A DNA stretch of 64,000 bases. Source: Haliotis cracherodii. Its lineage: Eukaryota. The stretch covers positions 6,138,001 through 6,202,000 of the forward strand of contig NW_027266280.1 in assembly GCF_022045235.1 (NCBI RefSeq), in the 5' to 3' direction. The notes under the pieces are model-generated. The model saw only the letters and a list, made by a program, of their open reading frames with translations. It was not told the origin of the DNA and searched no databases. The position numbers and the translations under genes are program-made. Of this stretch, positions 11,800 through 25,581 are shown in pieces (the stretch's first letter is position 1; each line of letters opens with the position of its first letter).

Positions 11800-13231
11800 A
11801 TAGTACATGAAGCCACACCTCTCTGTCACCATGACACTGATGTTCTGACACTAGAGGGAGTACATGAAGTCCCACCTCTCAATCAAATCCTGGAGCCTGA
11901 TTTCCTGACACTGGAGGGAGTACATAAAGTCCCACCTCTCTATCAAATCCTGGAGCCTGATTTCCTGACACTGGAGGGAGTACATGAAGCCACACCTCTC
12001 TGTCACCATGACACTGATGTTCTGACACTGGAGAGAGTACATAAAGTCCCACCTCTCAATCAAATCCTAGAGCCTGATTTCCTGACACTGGAGAGAGTAC
12101 ATAAAGTCCCACCTCTCTATCAAATCCTGGAGCCTGATTTCCTGACACTGGAGAGAGTACATGAAGTCCCACCTCTCTATCAAATCCTAGAGTCTGATGT
12201 TCTGACACTGGAGGGAGTACATAAAGTCCCACAAGTCTATCAAATCCTAGAGTCTGATTTCCTGACACTGGAGAGAGTACATGAAGTCCCACCTCTCTAT
12301 CAAATCCTAGAGTCTGATGTTCTGACACTGGAGAGAGTACATGAAGTCCCACCTCTCTATCAAATCCTAGAGTCTGATTTCCTGACACTGGAGGGAGTAC
12401 ATGAAGTCCCACCTCTCTATCAAATCCTCGAGCCTGATATCCTGACACTGGAGAGAGTACATGAAGTCCCACCTCTCTATCAAATCCTAGAGTCTGATTT
12501 CCTGACACTGGAGGGAGTACATGAAGTCCCACCTCTCTATCAAATCCTAGAGTCTGATTTCCTGACACTGGAGGGAGTACATGAAGCCACACCTCTCTGT
12601 CACCATGACACTGATGTTCTGACACTGGAGGGAGTACATGAAGTCACACTTCTCTATCAAATCCTAGAGTCTGATTTCCTGACACTGGAGAGAGTACATG
12701 AAGTCCCACCTCTCTATCAAATCCTAGAACCTGATTTCCTGACACTGGAGAGAGTACATGAAGTCCCAACACTCTATCAAATCCTAGAGTCTGATGTTCT
12801 GACACTGGAGGGAGTACATGAAGTCCAACCACTCTATCAAATCCTAGAGCCTGATTTCCTGACACTGGAGAGAGTACATGAAGTCCCACCTCTCAATCAA
12901 ATCCTAGAGCCTGATTTCCTGACACTGGAGAGAGTACATGAAGTCCCACCTCTCTATCAAATCCTAGAGTCTGATTTCCTGACACTGGAGGGAGTACATG
13001 AAGCCACACCTCTCTGTCACCATGACACTGATGTTCTGACACTGGAGGGAGTACATGAAAACCCACCTCTCTATCAAATCCTAGAGTCTGATTTCCTGAC
13101 ACTGGAGGGAGTACATGAAGCCACACCTCTCTGTCACCATGACACTGATGTTCTGACACTGGAGGGAGTACATGAAAACCCACCTCTCTATCAAATCCTA
13201 GAGCCTGATTTCCTGACATTGGAGAGAGTGT
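11800..13231. repeat. 60/57-bp minisatellite, about 24 units of two types
   Basis: Unit ctgacactggagagagtacatgaagtcccacctctctatcaaatcctagagtctgatttc and a 57-bp variant; it accounts for the 479-aa + strand ORF. Confidence 0.97.
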
Positions 13232-14071
13232 AAGCCGTCAGCCGCCTCACCCGTGTGTTGGAGCCATGGTTGTTCCTGGCATCGTCTCTCTGCCTCAACA
13301 CGGGGGAGAGATAGTCCAGCAGCTTGGCCTGCTCGCGGATCTTCTGTTTGCCTTGCTCGATCTGGAAGTTCAGGGACGTTATTTCTGTACATTTGTGGAC
13401 AAGCTGGGTCCGACATTGGTCTAGGTCTGCACGTGCTTTGCACATGCCAGCGTCACAATAAGTGTCCTTGAACCGCACGTTTTTCTCCACCATCTTTCCT
13501 TCATACAGATCTATTTTGAGATTTGTTATTTCTTTATTCTTCTCATCCAACATATATTTCAATCGCAATATTTCTTTATTCATTTTGTCTCTCTCTTCGG
13601 AATATTTCAGTTCCACTATCTCATACCGTTTCCTGTTATTATCCCTCAACTGATTCATTTTCAGTTCTTGCTCTTTAATAACACAGTCTTTCTGTTTAAT
13701 TTCGCTATTCATCCTTTCTTTCGCGTCATCGACGCTAGACAAAGTGCGTCTCGCCTTTTTCAAATCAGAGATCAATGTGTCGCTCTTCATGCGATATCTT
13801 TCATCTCGTTGTTGAAGAACTCTCGCGAGACTTCCAAACTCTCGCTGAAACTCTTGAGCAATCCATTTTTCTTTATCCAACTCTCGCTGCAGCGTAGTTA
13901 GGGATCGCTCATATTCCCTTTCACTGAGATCCTGTGTGGACTTGAGGTGGCGGAGTTTGAACAGAAGACTCTGGTTTTCGAATGTCACCCGTTGTTCTAT
14001 GTAGCGCCTAACAGCCGCCAACTCATCCACGCTCAGCTTCTTCGACAGTCGAGTCTGTTCCCGGAATAACA
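13191..14071 (-). CDS. Uncharacterised coiled-coil protein, large exon
   Basis: ~290-codon non-repetitive open frame rich in E/K/R/Q/L heptads; likely acceptor ttttcAG at 14073-14072. The current stop lies in the first minisatellite unit. Upstream exon not identified. Confidence 0.75.
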
Positions 14072-15182
14072 CTGAAAATACAAGGTTGAATACAGATTTT
14101 ATTCGTAAGAATTGTTTGAACATTATATCAACGCTGTAGCCCGACGATCATTGGGGATTCACAGAACACAGGACACCGTTCCACAAAGCGATCGTAGAGC
14201 TACGATAATTGTAAGCAAGCCTTGCAAAGGCTTCGTTCGCCGTGCGTCACTATTATGATGTCATATCGCTCAATGTAACGTAAGATAATTTTTAAATTTG
14301 AAGTTTACACGATATACGGCTTTTCCACTGGACGAGAGGTCGGTCACATGATCTCGAAATTGACGTTCATAAGTGTATGAACGACACAATTTGACGTTCA
14401 TACGTTTTTCACGAGACCGTGTTCTTGAAATGACGTAAACACTGATGGACTACTTCCACATTCCTGGGCAAACCCCTAGGAATTCCCTAGCACGAAAACA
14501 TACATAAGTGTTCTTTCTGATCATTTAGAACCTTTATTCTTGGTCTCAGCGTTTCAGTATACATTGAGAAATGTCAGAGAGCGTGACTGCATGATTGTTC
14601 AAGAATATCCTCGCTACGGCCTATCCTAATGAACAAACGAAGAAATGCACATCTAAACTATCGGGGTTAGCGACTCGATCCGTGTCTTCGGCTGACACTG
14701 ACCGTCTCCAGCAATCTATGAATTTACCTTAGTGTCTGTTTGACGCATCTTTATTCACCTTTCAATAATCGGCCAGTTGATCAATGATGACTAACACATG
14801 TAATCGCCACAGGTTCATTGACAACTTCGGAAATCTCTCCCGTCACGTTTATCGTGTCGGCCATATTGACGTCTTGTACTTGATGTAAATGTATTACGAC
14901 GTACTTTCATTGTGACTGACTTACTGAGGTAGTTCTTTACAGAACTTTCTCATCTAATGAGGATATGATTTGAAGACATGTGCTGCGTAAGATGTTTCTG
15001 AAGAGCAAGTTGTGCATCCATACGCACATGTCACCTCTCTTTTGGAGGAACTATTTTACTCCGCGATGTAGCTGGTTGCTGTATGGCTGTCAGTGTAAAC
15101 ATGAAGTCACACGTACTAAATAAAATTGTGTTTAGGCCTTGGCCTACATCCTTTAAGGTAAGAAATTGTGATACAAAAATCA

Positions 15183-15339
15183 TAAGAATTGACTTTCACT
15201 TTGCATGAGTTCATTGGAGTATGAACCTTCATAGAGTGAGGGCCAAACTGTATGAGCGTCGGAGCTTGCGACAGTTTGGCCCTCACTCTATGAATTTTCA
15301 TACTCCAATGAACTCAGACAAAGTGAAAGTCAATTCTTA
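15183..15339. mobile_element. Foldback (near-palindromic) element
   Basis: taagaattgactttcacttt...aaagtgaaagtcaattctta with arms of about 68 bp. Confidence 0.8.
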
Positions 15340-15369
15340 AATATTTGACGTCACAGTCGTATATAGTGA

Positions 15370-15516
15370 TCGAGTGAGTATGATTTAAGGCTGCATTTAT
15401 AAAATATTCTAACAATATCACGGCGGGGGACACCAGAAATGGGCTTCACACATTGTACCAATGTCGGGAATCGAACCCGGGTCTTCGGCGTGACGAGCAA
15501 TCGCTTTAAACCGCGG
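15370..15516 (-). mobile_element. SINE family B
   Basis: Reverse complement of 34418-34586. Confidence 0.85.
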
Positions 15517-16139
15517 CAAATAGCAAGCTTGAAATACATTCTCTTTGAAGATGTCTATCGTTTTTTGGCACGAAATATATTGCCACACATCCCTTGAATA
15601 TTGTCTTAACCGCAACTTTGCATTTCGTCGCCTGTAATTATACATATTATAATTTAAATACGCCTTCCGACAATGACAGTAAAAGTAGTAGTATTCTAAA
15701 AATATTAGCTTCAGCGCTGATGCAGCCGTCAAATGGACTGTTTCAATCAGAGGGGGGGGGTATTTGATACCTTTGACCAATCAAAATCAAATATTTTCCA
15801 AATTCACATTAGAATGGATTTGCAAGACGTTATTTCACTAAGTGAAGAAATTTTAGAAATCCCATGTGAATACAATGTTTGAGTGTATCGCCCAGTTTGT
15901 AATATAGTGCCAAATGACTTACATACATATGGAAAACATATTTAAGCACACTTGGAACGTTTGTCAATAGTTTATTACAATGAGAAAAAATACATGGCAT
16001 TGATAAATGGAGCTTGAAAGTAGTTCCTCGTTATTAGTTTTATCGGATCATGATACTTAGTTTATCGGAGTGGTTAATCGCATCGATAAAGTGTTTTGTG
16101 CATTTGAATTTTGTGTTTTCAATTTAGACTTTGTCATTA

Positions 16140-17280
16140 TGTTTCCTGTCAGCCCTGTCATCCATTTTCACATTTTGTCATCCATTCTTAAACTGTGTCA
16201 AACATGTTTACATTGTGTCAATCATGTTTTCATTGTGTCAACCATGTTTACACTGTGCTAACCATTTTCACATTGAACCATACATTTTCAAATTGTGTCA
16301 AACATTTTTACATCGTGTCAAACATTTTTACATTGTGTCAATCATTTTACATTGTAACAGCCATTTAGATATTGTATCATCCATGTAGACATTATATCAT
16401 CCATTTAAACATTGTATCATCCAATTCGATACCGTGTCATCCATTTAGACATTGTAACATCCATTGATACATTGTAACATCCATTTAGACATTGTATCAT
16501 CCATTTAGATACCCACTTATCCATTTTTACATTGTGTCATCCCTTTAGGCATTGTAACATTCATTTAGACATTGTAACATCCATGGATACATTGTCACAT
16601 CCATTTAGACATTGTATCATCCATTTAGACATTGTATCATCCACTTAGACATTGTATCATCCATGTACAATGATACCGTATTATCCCTTTAGACATTTTG
16701 TGATCCATTTAGACATTGTATCATCCATTTAGATACCGTATTGTCCCTTTAGACATTTTGTCATCCATTTAGATACAGTGTTATCCATGTAGATACCATG
16801 TCATCCCTTTAGACATTTTGTCATCCATTTAGACATTGTATCATCCATGTAGATACCGTGTTATCCCTTTAGACATTTTGTCATCCATTTAGATACTGTT
16901 TTATCCATGTAGATACCGTGTTATCCCTTTAGACATTTTGTCATCCATTTAGACATTGTATCATCCATGTAGACACCGTGTTATCCCTTTAGACATTTTG
17001 TCATCCATTTAGATATTGTGTTATCCATTTAGATACTGTGTTATCCATTTAGGTACTGTGTTATCCATGTAGATACTGTGTTATCCATGTAGATACCGTG
17101 TTATCCCTTTAGACATTTTGTCATCCATTTAGATACTGTGTTATCCATTTAGACATTGTGTCATCCATTTAGATACTGTGTTATCCATTTAGACATTTTG
17201 TCATCCATCTAGATACTGTGTTATCCATTTAGACATTCTGTCATCCATTTAGATACTGTGTTATCCATTTAGACATTGGG
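16140..17280. repeat. 20-bp minisatellite, more than 50 units, degenerate at the left end
   Basis: Units such as ccatttagacattgtatcat and ccatttagatactgtgttat. Confidence 0.95.
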
Positions 17281-18229
17281 TTTCCATAACTTATTTTATC
17301 TTTCCAGACACGGTTATCTATAGTACACGGCTGACAATTACATACTGAGTTATTACTATATCCCATAACAATACATCATACCCCGTCCTTGTATTCCCCG
17401 TGTCACAACAGGTATACTGCCTTATAATGATAAATGTGAATCTAGAATCGATGAAGATGCGACGAACATACACACACGCAGGCTTAACCAAGTACTCAGC
17501 AGCTATCGGGAACTTGAGACTGTAATTGCCTGAAGGACTTCACCGATGAGCTACTGTCAGATCCATTGATGTATTGTGAGCTGGCGGAGAGCGGGATGTT
17601 TGCTGTGTCTTCTGTAGTATTTCTGTATGGATTTCATCCTTGACGAATTATGACGCTTATACCTGGGCGTGTCCGCTCAATACAATGATTTAATGGTACA
17701 AGGACATTTCGTTTGGAGAAATGAGAAAACAGCTTAACCATTTCAATCCACTATACTGATGTTACATAGCGTTTGCCGATAGTCTAACGCAGAGACGTCA
17801 AAGTTGGCACCAGCGTGCCCATAACACCAGTACGTCTCGTAGTATTATCGAAATACTGGCATCGCTTGTACTGTATTGTCGGTACCATTGAGGCAAACAG
17901 TCCCATCACCACCTCACTGTCTCAGTGCACTTGATATATAGGACGACATTATCTGTGGTTTCATTTTAAGACTACCAAGCATGGGTTTATACCTCAGAGA
18001 GACGACGTCGTGAACGTCTCCACGTGTAGGCGACAACGTCTGTATGAACGGCTTGCCGACCAGTGATAGCGATCCAGAGAACACCGAACACGGCAAGTGA
18101 CGTGTATAAGACTGGTCGACTGACAGTCGCAGCATTTGAATGGATGTTATTTCACTGAGTGAGTGAGTAAGTATGGTTAGGCGCCGCTTCTCATTCTAGA
18201 CGTTGGTGAGTTAATAATGAGATGCGGTT

Positions 18230-18510
18230 AATGTCGATTTGAACAGTATTTCACATATATCAGGGCGTGTTGAAGAGTGTTCCAGTTATATACGGCGTGT
18301 CAGCTTGATGTGGGAGGAAAGCTCGAAATGATGCAGGTCTTAGACTTTTATCACCTTGGTGATAACCCATGTGCACGGACATATGGTGCTGACAAACCTC
18401 AGACACGAACCGGGACGATCATAGGTTTCTGGCGTGTCCAAGGGACTCAACTCTGCACAGCGAATTGCGGCGCCTTAGACTCCGAGGTCTTTGGCGACAC
18501 GACCACCGTT
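18230..18510 (-). mobile_element. Degenerate SINE family A
   Basis: cagcttgatgtgggaggaaag..ggtgctgacaaacct..ggcgccttagac. Confidence 0.75.
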
Positions 18511-18919
18511 TTATCATTAATACCGAGAAGGAATTAATGCAGAAATACATCTACTTGCCGATAAAGGCAACCGTACTTCTCGGGAGTTAATCACAGATGC
18601 TCCTTCGGGACCTTACTCTTAAACTCACATCAACCATACAGAAACAACAACGGTCAACCTCACGGTCGAGCCGCCGCTTGTGGCAAACGTGAAGAAGACT
18701 GCAGGACACGGTATTTTCTCAACAATACATGGACGGAGTTGGCTGACATGAGTGTTGCCGCCACGCGAGACATCACGAACGTACATGCAGGGATTTATCT
18801 CGGATTCCAAACTAAGTGCCCTTGGCAGACAAATTGGATAAAGTCTCTATGTTTATAAAAAATAATTTTAAAGTGATATTAGCAATCAATTTTAACACTG
18901 CAACACCAAGCATTAAAAT

Positions 18920-19093
18920 GGACGATCGGGTAGCCTAGTGGTTAAAGCGTTCGCTCGTCACCCCGAAGACCCGGCTTCAATTCACTATATGGGTACAAAT
19001 GTGCGAAGCCCGATTCTTGTGTCCCCTGTCGTGATATTGCTGGGATATTGCTTAAAACGGCGTAAAACCATACTCACCCACTCACTCACTCAC
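18920..19093 (+). mobile_element. SINE family B
   Basis: gggtagcctagtggttaaagcgttcgctcgtca..ggcgtaaaaccatactcac. Confidence 0.85.
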
Positions 19094-19624
19094 TAAGCAT
19101 TAAAGCCTCTTTCGATGTATTGGTCCTGTTATCAGTGAAATACAAGTCACCTCTACACAGACTATGACATCACTTATAAATATGACACATGAATTCGGAA
19201 ATGTATCAATGCCTATTTGGGTTTTTTACGGTCTTGCTGCAGACCCGGGACCGATTATAGACCTCTAAGTAGGTCTAGATAAAACATGGCCTGTGTTGCG
19301 ATTCCACAGTGGCACGCAGCGTCTAGACATTGTCCATGAAGTTTCACTGACGCGAACAGTATGATCGCCTACATTGACATGAACACTGTCTGTAATCAGT
19401 CATATTACAAGGGCATTCTTTGATGGGCAAACATTTGATATTCTTCAGCGAAACGTACATGTTCCACTGACACTAACAATTTTACTTACATTAACATGGA
19501 CCCGCTTCGCATTAGTCGTTTAGTAAAGACGAAACCCTTGACGGTCTACATATTAACCAGATCTTAACGGGCGCCTCCTGTGATCTGAGAGGAGGTGCAT
19601 ATATTGATGAACATTATACAGCAA

Positions 19625-19716
19625 TAATCTTATAAAATCCGATTTTTTAATCCTACACGATACTTCTCTGTGTAAAGGGTATCGTATCGGGGTAAAGATC
19701 TGATTTTATGAGATTG
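19625..19716. mobile_element. 92-bp hairpin MITE with 9-bp TSD
   Basis: TSD atacagcaa (19616-19624, 19717-19725); termini match the MITE at 42782. Confidence 0.8.
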
Positions 19717-20419
19717 ATACAGCAACTTTGTCACGGGTCATCCATCACCTTTTGTTAAAATCAATAAAAAAGTGGCCTTTTGATTTGAAAACATTTGTTC
19801 TAATTGTAAAAACAGACGAACATGACTGACGTGCGTTGATCGTGTTTCACTAATGTCAATATGTGCTTTACCTTCTAATCCAGGCAGACCTTTAGCGTTC
19901 ATCCTTCCTGCCGGGTCTACTGGCGTCTGATGAAGCTGTGTGTCGCAGACTTGTCACGTGGTGCAGACAGGTGCGCGGACGATATGGTCACAGCACTGGA
20001 GCGCTGTAGCGCTACTGTATTTAGTCAGCAAACTGTCATGTCTATTAGCGTAATTAGCCCTTGTATATAACATCATTCCAACACAAGGTGAAGTGTTGAC
20101 ACGCGTCTGTAGGCACGGGCAAGTATATATATCCTGGATTTCACAAAGTCGTTTGTATTAACATACGTTAGGATTTCCAGAGAATATGAAGAGAACAAAA
20201 AATATAAGTGTAACGTAAAATATAAGTTAAAGAGCGAAATGGAATCGACTCCAATCACAAACTGTATCAAGAGAAATAATCAATATATCACTAGCCACAA
20301 GAAGCAGTAGTTGAATCAAGTTATAGCTTATGCGAAATTCTTAGTTTATAACTGAACTTACACTTTATTCATCAATATTTCAACAGCCAAAGGAAGTGAG
20401 TGAATCTTTAAAGTATGTT

Positions 20420-21850
20420 TTCACCGTTATGAAGTATACACTATCACCGTCATGGACGTACACACTGTCAACGTTAAGTAGGTACACACCACCCCCGTCA
20501 TGGACGTGTAAACATCGTGCACGTACACCCCGTCACCGACGTACATACTACCACCGTCATGGACGTACACACCATCACCGTCATGGACGTACACACCGCC
20601 ATGTACGTACACACTTTCACAGTCATGGACGTACACCCCGTCACCGTCATGGACGTACACCCCGTAACCGACGTACATACTAGCACCGTCATGGACGTAT
20701 ACTACCTTCGTCATTGACGTACGCACGGTCATTGCCATGGATGTACCCAAAAGTACTGTCATGGATGTACACAGTATCACAACGTACCCACTTTCACCGT
20801 CATGGACGCACACACTTTCACCGTTATGGACGTACACTCTATCACCGTCATAGACGCACACCATATCCCCGACATGGACGTACACACTTCCACCGTCATG
20901 AACGAACACACCGTCATGGACGTAAACACCGTCATGGACGTACACACCGTTATAGATGTACACACTATCACCGTCATGACGTACACACCGTCATGGATGT
21001 ACACACTATCACCGTCATGACGTACACAACGACAGGGACGTACACACCGTCATGGACGTACCCACTTTCACCGTCTTGGACATACACACTATCACCGTCA
21101 TGGACGTACACACCGTTATAGATGTACACACTATCACCGTCATGACGTACACAACGACAGGGACGTACACACAGTCATAGATGTACACACTTCCACCGTC
21201 ATGAACGAACACACCGTCATGGACGTAAACACCGTCATGGACGTACACACCGTTATAGATGTACACACTATCACCGTCATGGACGTACACACCGATAGGG
21301 ACGTACACATCGTCATGGATGTACCCACTTTCACCGTCATGAACGTACACACCGTCATGGACGTACGCACTTTCACCGTCATGAACGTACACACCGTCAT
21401 GGATGTATACACTATCACCGTCATGAACGTACACACCGTCATTGACGTACCCACTTTCACCGTCATGGACGTACACACTATCACCGTCATGGACGCACGC
21501 GATATCACCGTCATGGACGTTCACACTATCACCGTCATGAACGTACACACCGTCATGGACGCACACGATATCACCGTCATGGACGTTCACACTATCACCG
21601 TCATGAACGTACACACCGTCATGGACGTACCCACTTTCACCGTCATGAACGTACACACCGTCATGGACGTACCCACTTTCACCGTCATGAACGTACACAC
21701 CGTCATGGACGTTCACACTATCACCGTCATGAACGTGCACACCGTCATGGATGTACACACTTTCACCGTCATGGACGTACGCACTGTCATTGACATGGAT
21801 GTACCCAAAGTCACTGTCATGGATGTACAGTGTCACCGTCATTAACGTAC
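20420..21850. repeat. 18/24-bp compound minisatellite
   Basis: Units accgtcatggacgtacac(actatc/actttc). Confidence 0.95.
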
Positions 21851-22561
21851 ACATTTACATCGTCATTGTTGAAACATTATCGTTGTCAATGCTATATATA
21901 TATATATTTACACTTACATCGTCATGGATGTACATGTACCTACACAATCACGCACTAAGCCGATATTGCAAGTATATGTTTGACGTATGCTGAATTTGGG
22001 ACTACTTAACCACACCATAACAGTTGTCGACTTAATCTCTTCTCGGTCACCGGCAGTCCAGATTCATCTCGACACAAACGCTACCAAACATACATGCTCA
22101 TGTACCAGTCATCTCCCTTTGCTATACAGACATACTCCTCTTTCCGTTAATTACAAACACGCATCATACGGGTTTGACCTGCAATGTCGGTCACAACACG
22201 CGGAGAATCTATTTCTTCTCGGTTTGTTTCGTTTCCATGGCAACACAGGATGCTTGCTGAATTATCTAGGCTTCACGCAGGTATAAATCGTCTTATTCTC
22301 AACGAGTGTGATCCATTTGGACTGAACACATCCAATCAATACAGTCGCGAAATGCTTTGTCCTAATTAGCAATTACTTAATTTAATGAAGAATGGAAAAC
22401 AGTGGCGTCAATAAAAAATCTCGGGTACCGTGCTGTGTTGTAGATGTAGGTTCATTAATTCTCAATAAGCAGTCTTTGTTTGGGGAGGGAGGGGTGCATA
22501 CTTGTTTTAACGAGGAACGAGAGGATTATATTGTGATATTGATGTATGTTGTGACTGCTAA

Positions 22562-22710
22562 CTTATTTGTTTGTTATTTTACGCCGTCGCCAATATTCCA
22601 GCTATATGACGCAGGCCTGTAAATAATCGAGTTTGGATCAGACAATCCAGTGATTGATATACGTGCACTGTCTCGTACTGATGACACATAGTCAAACAAG
22701 TCACCGAGAC
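22562..22710 (-). mobile_element. Family C element, 3' part
   Basis: caatattccagctatatgacg..gacaatccagtgattgat. Confidence 0.75.
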
Positions 22711-22802
22711 ATATTTAAGGTTGCTGGAAATTTTACAGGGAGACTGGTAACCGTGGCTACGGGGAGACTGGTAAGCGTGGCTTCGAGGGTCTGTTGACAG
22801 TA

Positions 22803-23140
22803 GGTGATGTGACATGGTGTTTAACTTTCAAAAATATTGAGTTAGATAGCGACGTGCATGCATGTGTGTGTGCGTGGCTCGGTCCTGTACAAGACCTGGT
22901 CTAATGCCGGTTTTATAGTGCTAGCCCACTGAGATACCATGCCGCAATTTAACAAGGATACCCACTCAGACACAGTATACTGCCCTCGATCAGACGAGTC
23001 CTTGTTTTATCCCCTTAATGCGGGACAGCAGGCAGGGTAACAACAAGCACTATCTTTTAACGTCTCTTGGTTTTCACGCGGCCTGGATCAAACCACCGAC
23101 CTTCGACCGGGCGGACGCCCTATCCTGTAGACCACGGAGG
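22803..23140 (-). mobile_element. SINE family D
   Basis: Homologous to 6693-7047. Confidence 0.8.
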
Positions 23141-23235
23141 ATGTCTTGTCAGCATGAATCTTTAATGACAACAGGAAACAAAAACATTAAATCAACAACT
23201 CCAGGTATTTTATCTCAAACCTATTCATTATCAAC

Positions 23236-23519
23236 GGGGGGCACGGGGGGGGGGCCAGTGGTCTAAGGCGCCGCGATTTGCTGTGCAGAGTTGCGTTCCT
23301 TGGGCACGCCGGAAACCTATGATTTTGGGTTCGAATCCCCGTTCGCCCCGATTATGTTTCTAGGTTTGTCAGCACCATACCCGTACTTGTGGGTTTCACC
23401 GAAGTGGTAAACGTCTGAGACCTGTATCACTTCGGGCTTTCCTCCCACATTAAGCTGACACGCCGTTATATAACTGGAATATTGTTAAAAGCGGCGTTAA
23501 ACTCAACTCACTCACTCAC
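23236..23519 (+). mobile_element. SINE family A
   Basis: Full-length copy with B box and (ACTC)n tail. Confidence 0.9.
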
Positions 23520-24314
23520 TATCAACATTATCAAAGCATTAAGGAAGCTTTTTCATATTTGCGAACAATTCAATTTGTCATTTCGAAACAAGTAATCAAT
23601 CCATATAACTAACTATCTCCGGCAGAATTATTGATCATACATCATTGTTTCTACTGAGTAGTGTTCTACAGACGAGCACCTGGAAGCTCAACTCAACATT
23701 GAAATGACGTAGGTTGAGACGCAGAGCCCAGCTGGAAACCCTGACGTCAGTCGTGGCTTTTTAAAGGTATCCATCAAACGCTCATTTAATGAACGGCGCG
23801 ACTGTGAGCTTTGGGTGACAGAAACACTGGACGCTTTCGTTTACTCATGTTTTCTTGTGGGATACAGTCGATCAAAATGTTGAGGCTCATGGGACAGGAT
23901 GGTGAATTGTCGCGTGGTAATTTCAAATTGGCGCAGTTACGTCACGTGACAATTTAAGTCTCCAGCCTTTGGGTAAAACTTGGTGGCTATTATTAACTCT
24001 TAACAAAATGATCATCAGTGAACATACGAGCTTAGGACTGTCACGTAGAATATACATTTGTATCATGTCAACCATGCGATTGTCCTTCTCCGTCCGTCAA
24101 TCCATATTTTTGCATTGTCGCCTGTGAAACTAATCGGGCTATACATTTCATCAATACAGCATCATAACCTGTTCTTTTGCAAAATTAAAAAAAAACTACA
24201 GCAGGGAATATCAGTTAGAACTACAACCTTCACGTAACACTGTTACCAAATGTTTGAGGGTGTTACTGAGATCATCGGAAACAATTTGAAGGTTGATTTC
24301 GAAATATGTAAAGT

Positions 24315-24481
24315 GGACCAGACAATCCAGTGATTGACATCATGAGCTTCGATCCACGCAATTGGGATACGATGACATGCAACAGCGATCCACACCACCT
24401 GATCCCGTTAGTCGCCTCTTGCGACAAGCACAGTCGCCTGTTAGGCAAGCATGGATTGCTGAATACCTATTCTTCACGGGA
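24315..24481 (-). mobile_element. Family C element, partial
   Basis: ggaccagacaatccagtgattg..ttagtcgcctcttgcgacaagca..cttcacggg. Confidence 0.75.
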
Positions 24482-25160
24482 CAGGTTCAGACACTGTCCC
24501 ATTGTGACAGAATGTCAGTCTAGGTTCAGACACTGTCATTGTGTGACACAGTGACGTCAGTCTAGGTTCAGACACTGTCCTTGTGTGACATTTGGTGATG
24601 TTAGTCTTGGTTCAGACACTGTCCCTGTGTGACACAGCGATGTCAGTCTAGGTTCAGACACAGTCCCTGTGTGACACAGCGATGTCAATCTAGGTTCAGA
24701 CACTGTCCTTGTGTGACACAGTGATGTCAGTTTAGGTTCAGACACTGTCCCTGTGTGACAGTGATGTCCGCCTAGGTTCAGACACTGTCCTTGTGTGACA
24801 CAGTGATGTCAGCCTAGGTTCAGACACTGTCCCTGTGTGACACAGCGATGTCAGTCTAGGTTCAGGCACACTGTCCCTGTGTGACAGCGATGTCAGTCTA
24901 GGTTCAGACACTGTCCTTGTTTGACACAGTGATGTTAGTCTTGGTTCAGACACTGTACCTGTGTGACAGAGTGATGTCAGCCTAGGTTCAGACACTGTCC
25001 TTGAGTGACATTTGTTGATGTTAGTATCGGTTCAGACACTGTCTTGTTATGACGGTGATGTCAGAAGTGTAGGTTCAGACACTTTCGCTGTGCAACACAG
25101 TTAGGTGACAGTCTAGGTTCAGACAGTGTGCAACATCGCAAAGATGTCAGTCCAGGTCCA
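24482..25160. repeat. 42-bp minisatellite downstream of GST copy 1
   Basis: Unit gtcagtctaggttcagacactgtccttgtgtgacacagtgat. Confidence 0.95.
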
Positions 25161-25581
25161 GATGATAAATTCCGATCACACAAGACACCAAAGCTCCATT
25201 CACCTAGATCTCCAAATGGTAAGATAAACTGACTAAAACCCTGTTCTGCCCTGGCTAAACTTTCCCTTCGCGTCTGAGTAAGTGAATTAGGACAACTTCA
25301 TATTTGAGGTATATCAATTTATTGGTCATATACACTTCTTTATCACAGTAGTATCACATATTGAATAACTGACATTCAACTGTCATGATGAAACACAGAT
25401 AATATACTTCTGTGGACAAACAATATATAATCAAACGATCAATTACTCAATTCACTTGAATCATGAGTACACTATATTATTAACCATAGCCTGTGTTACA
25501 GTTTCACGTTTCACGTTTGTTTACTGCCATATGAGTCGAAGCACAACACATTCTGATTATTGTCACCTTTGGGTCATGTCT

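Noticed and set aside
11794-13233. 479-aa repetitive ORF on the + strand
   Set aside because: Coextensive with a 60/57-bp array, starts at TTG, has no unique domain and is antisense to a better gene model. An open frame is expected when units are multiples of three.
20396-21993. His/Asp/Val-rich ORFs resembling a metal-binding protein
   Set aside because: Open in several frames on both strands with frequent frameshifts; a minisatellite artefact.
10720-25160. Regularly spaced repeats as CRISPR arrays
   Set aside because: Units are contiguous with no unique spacers, there are no cas genes, and the context is eukaryotic.
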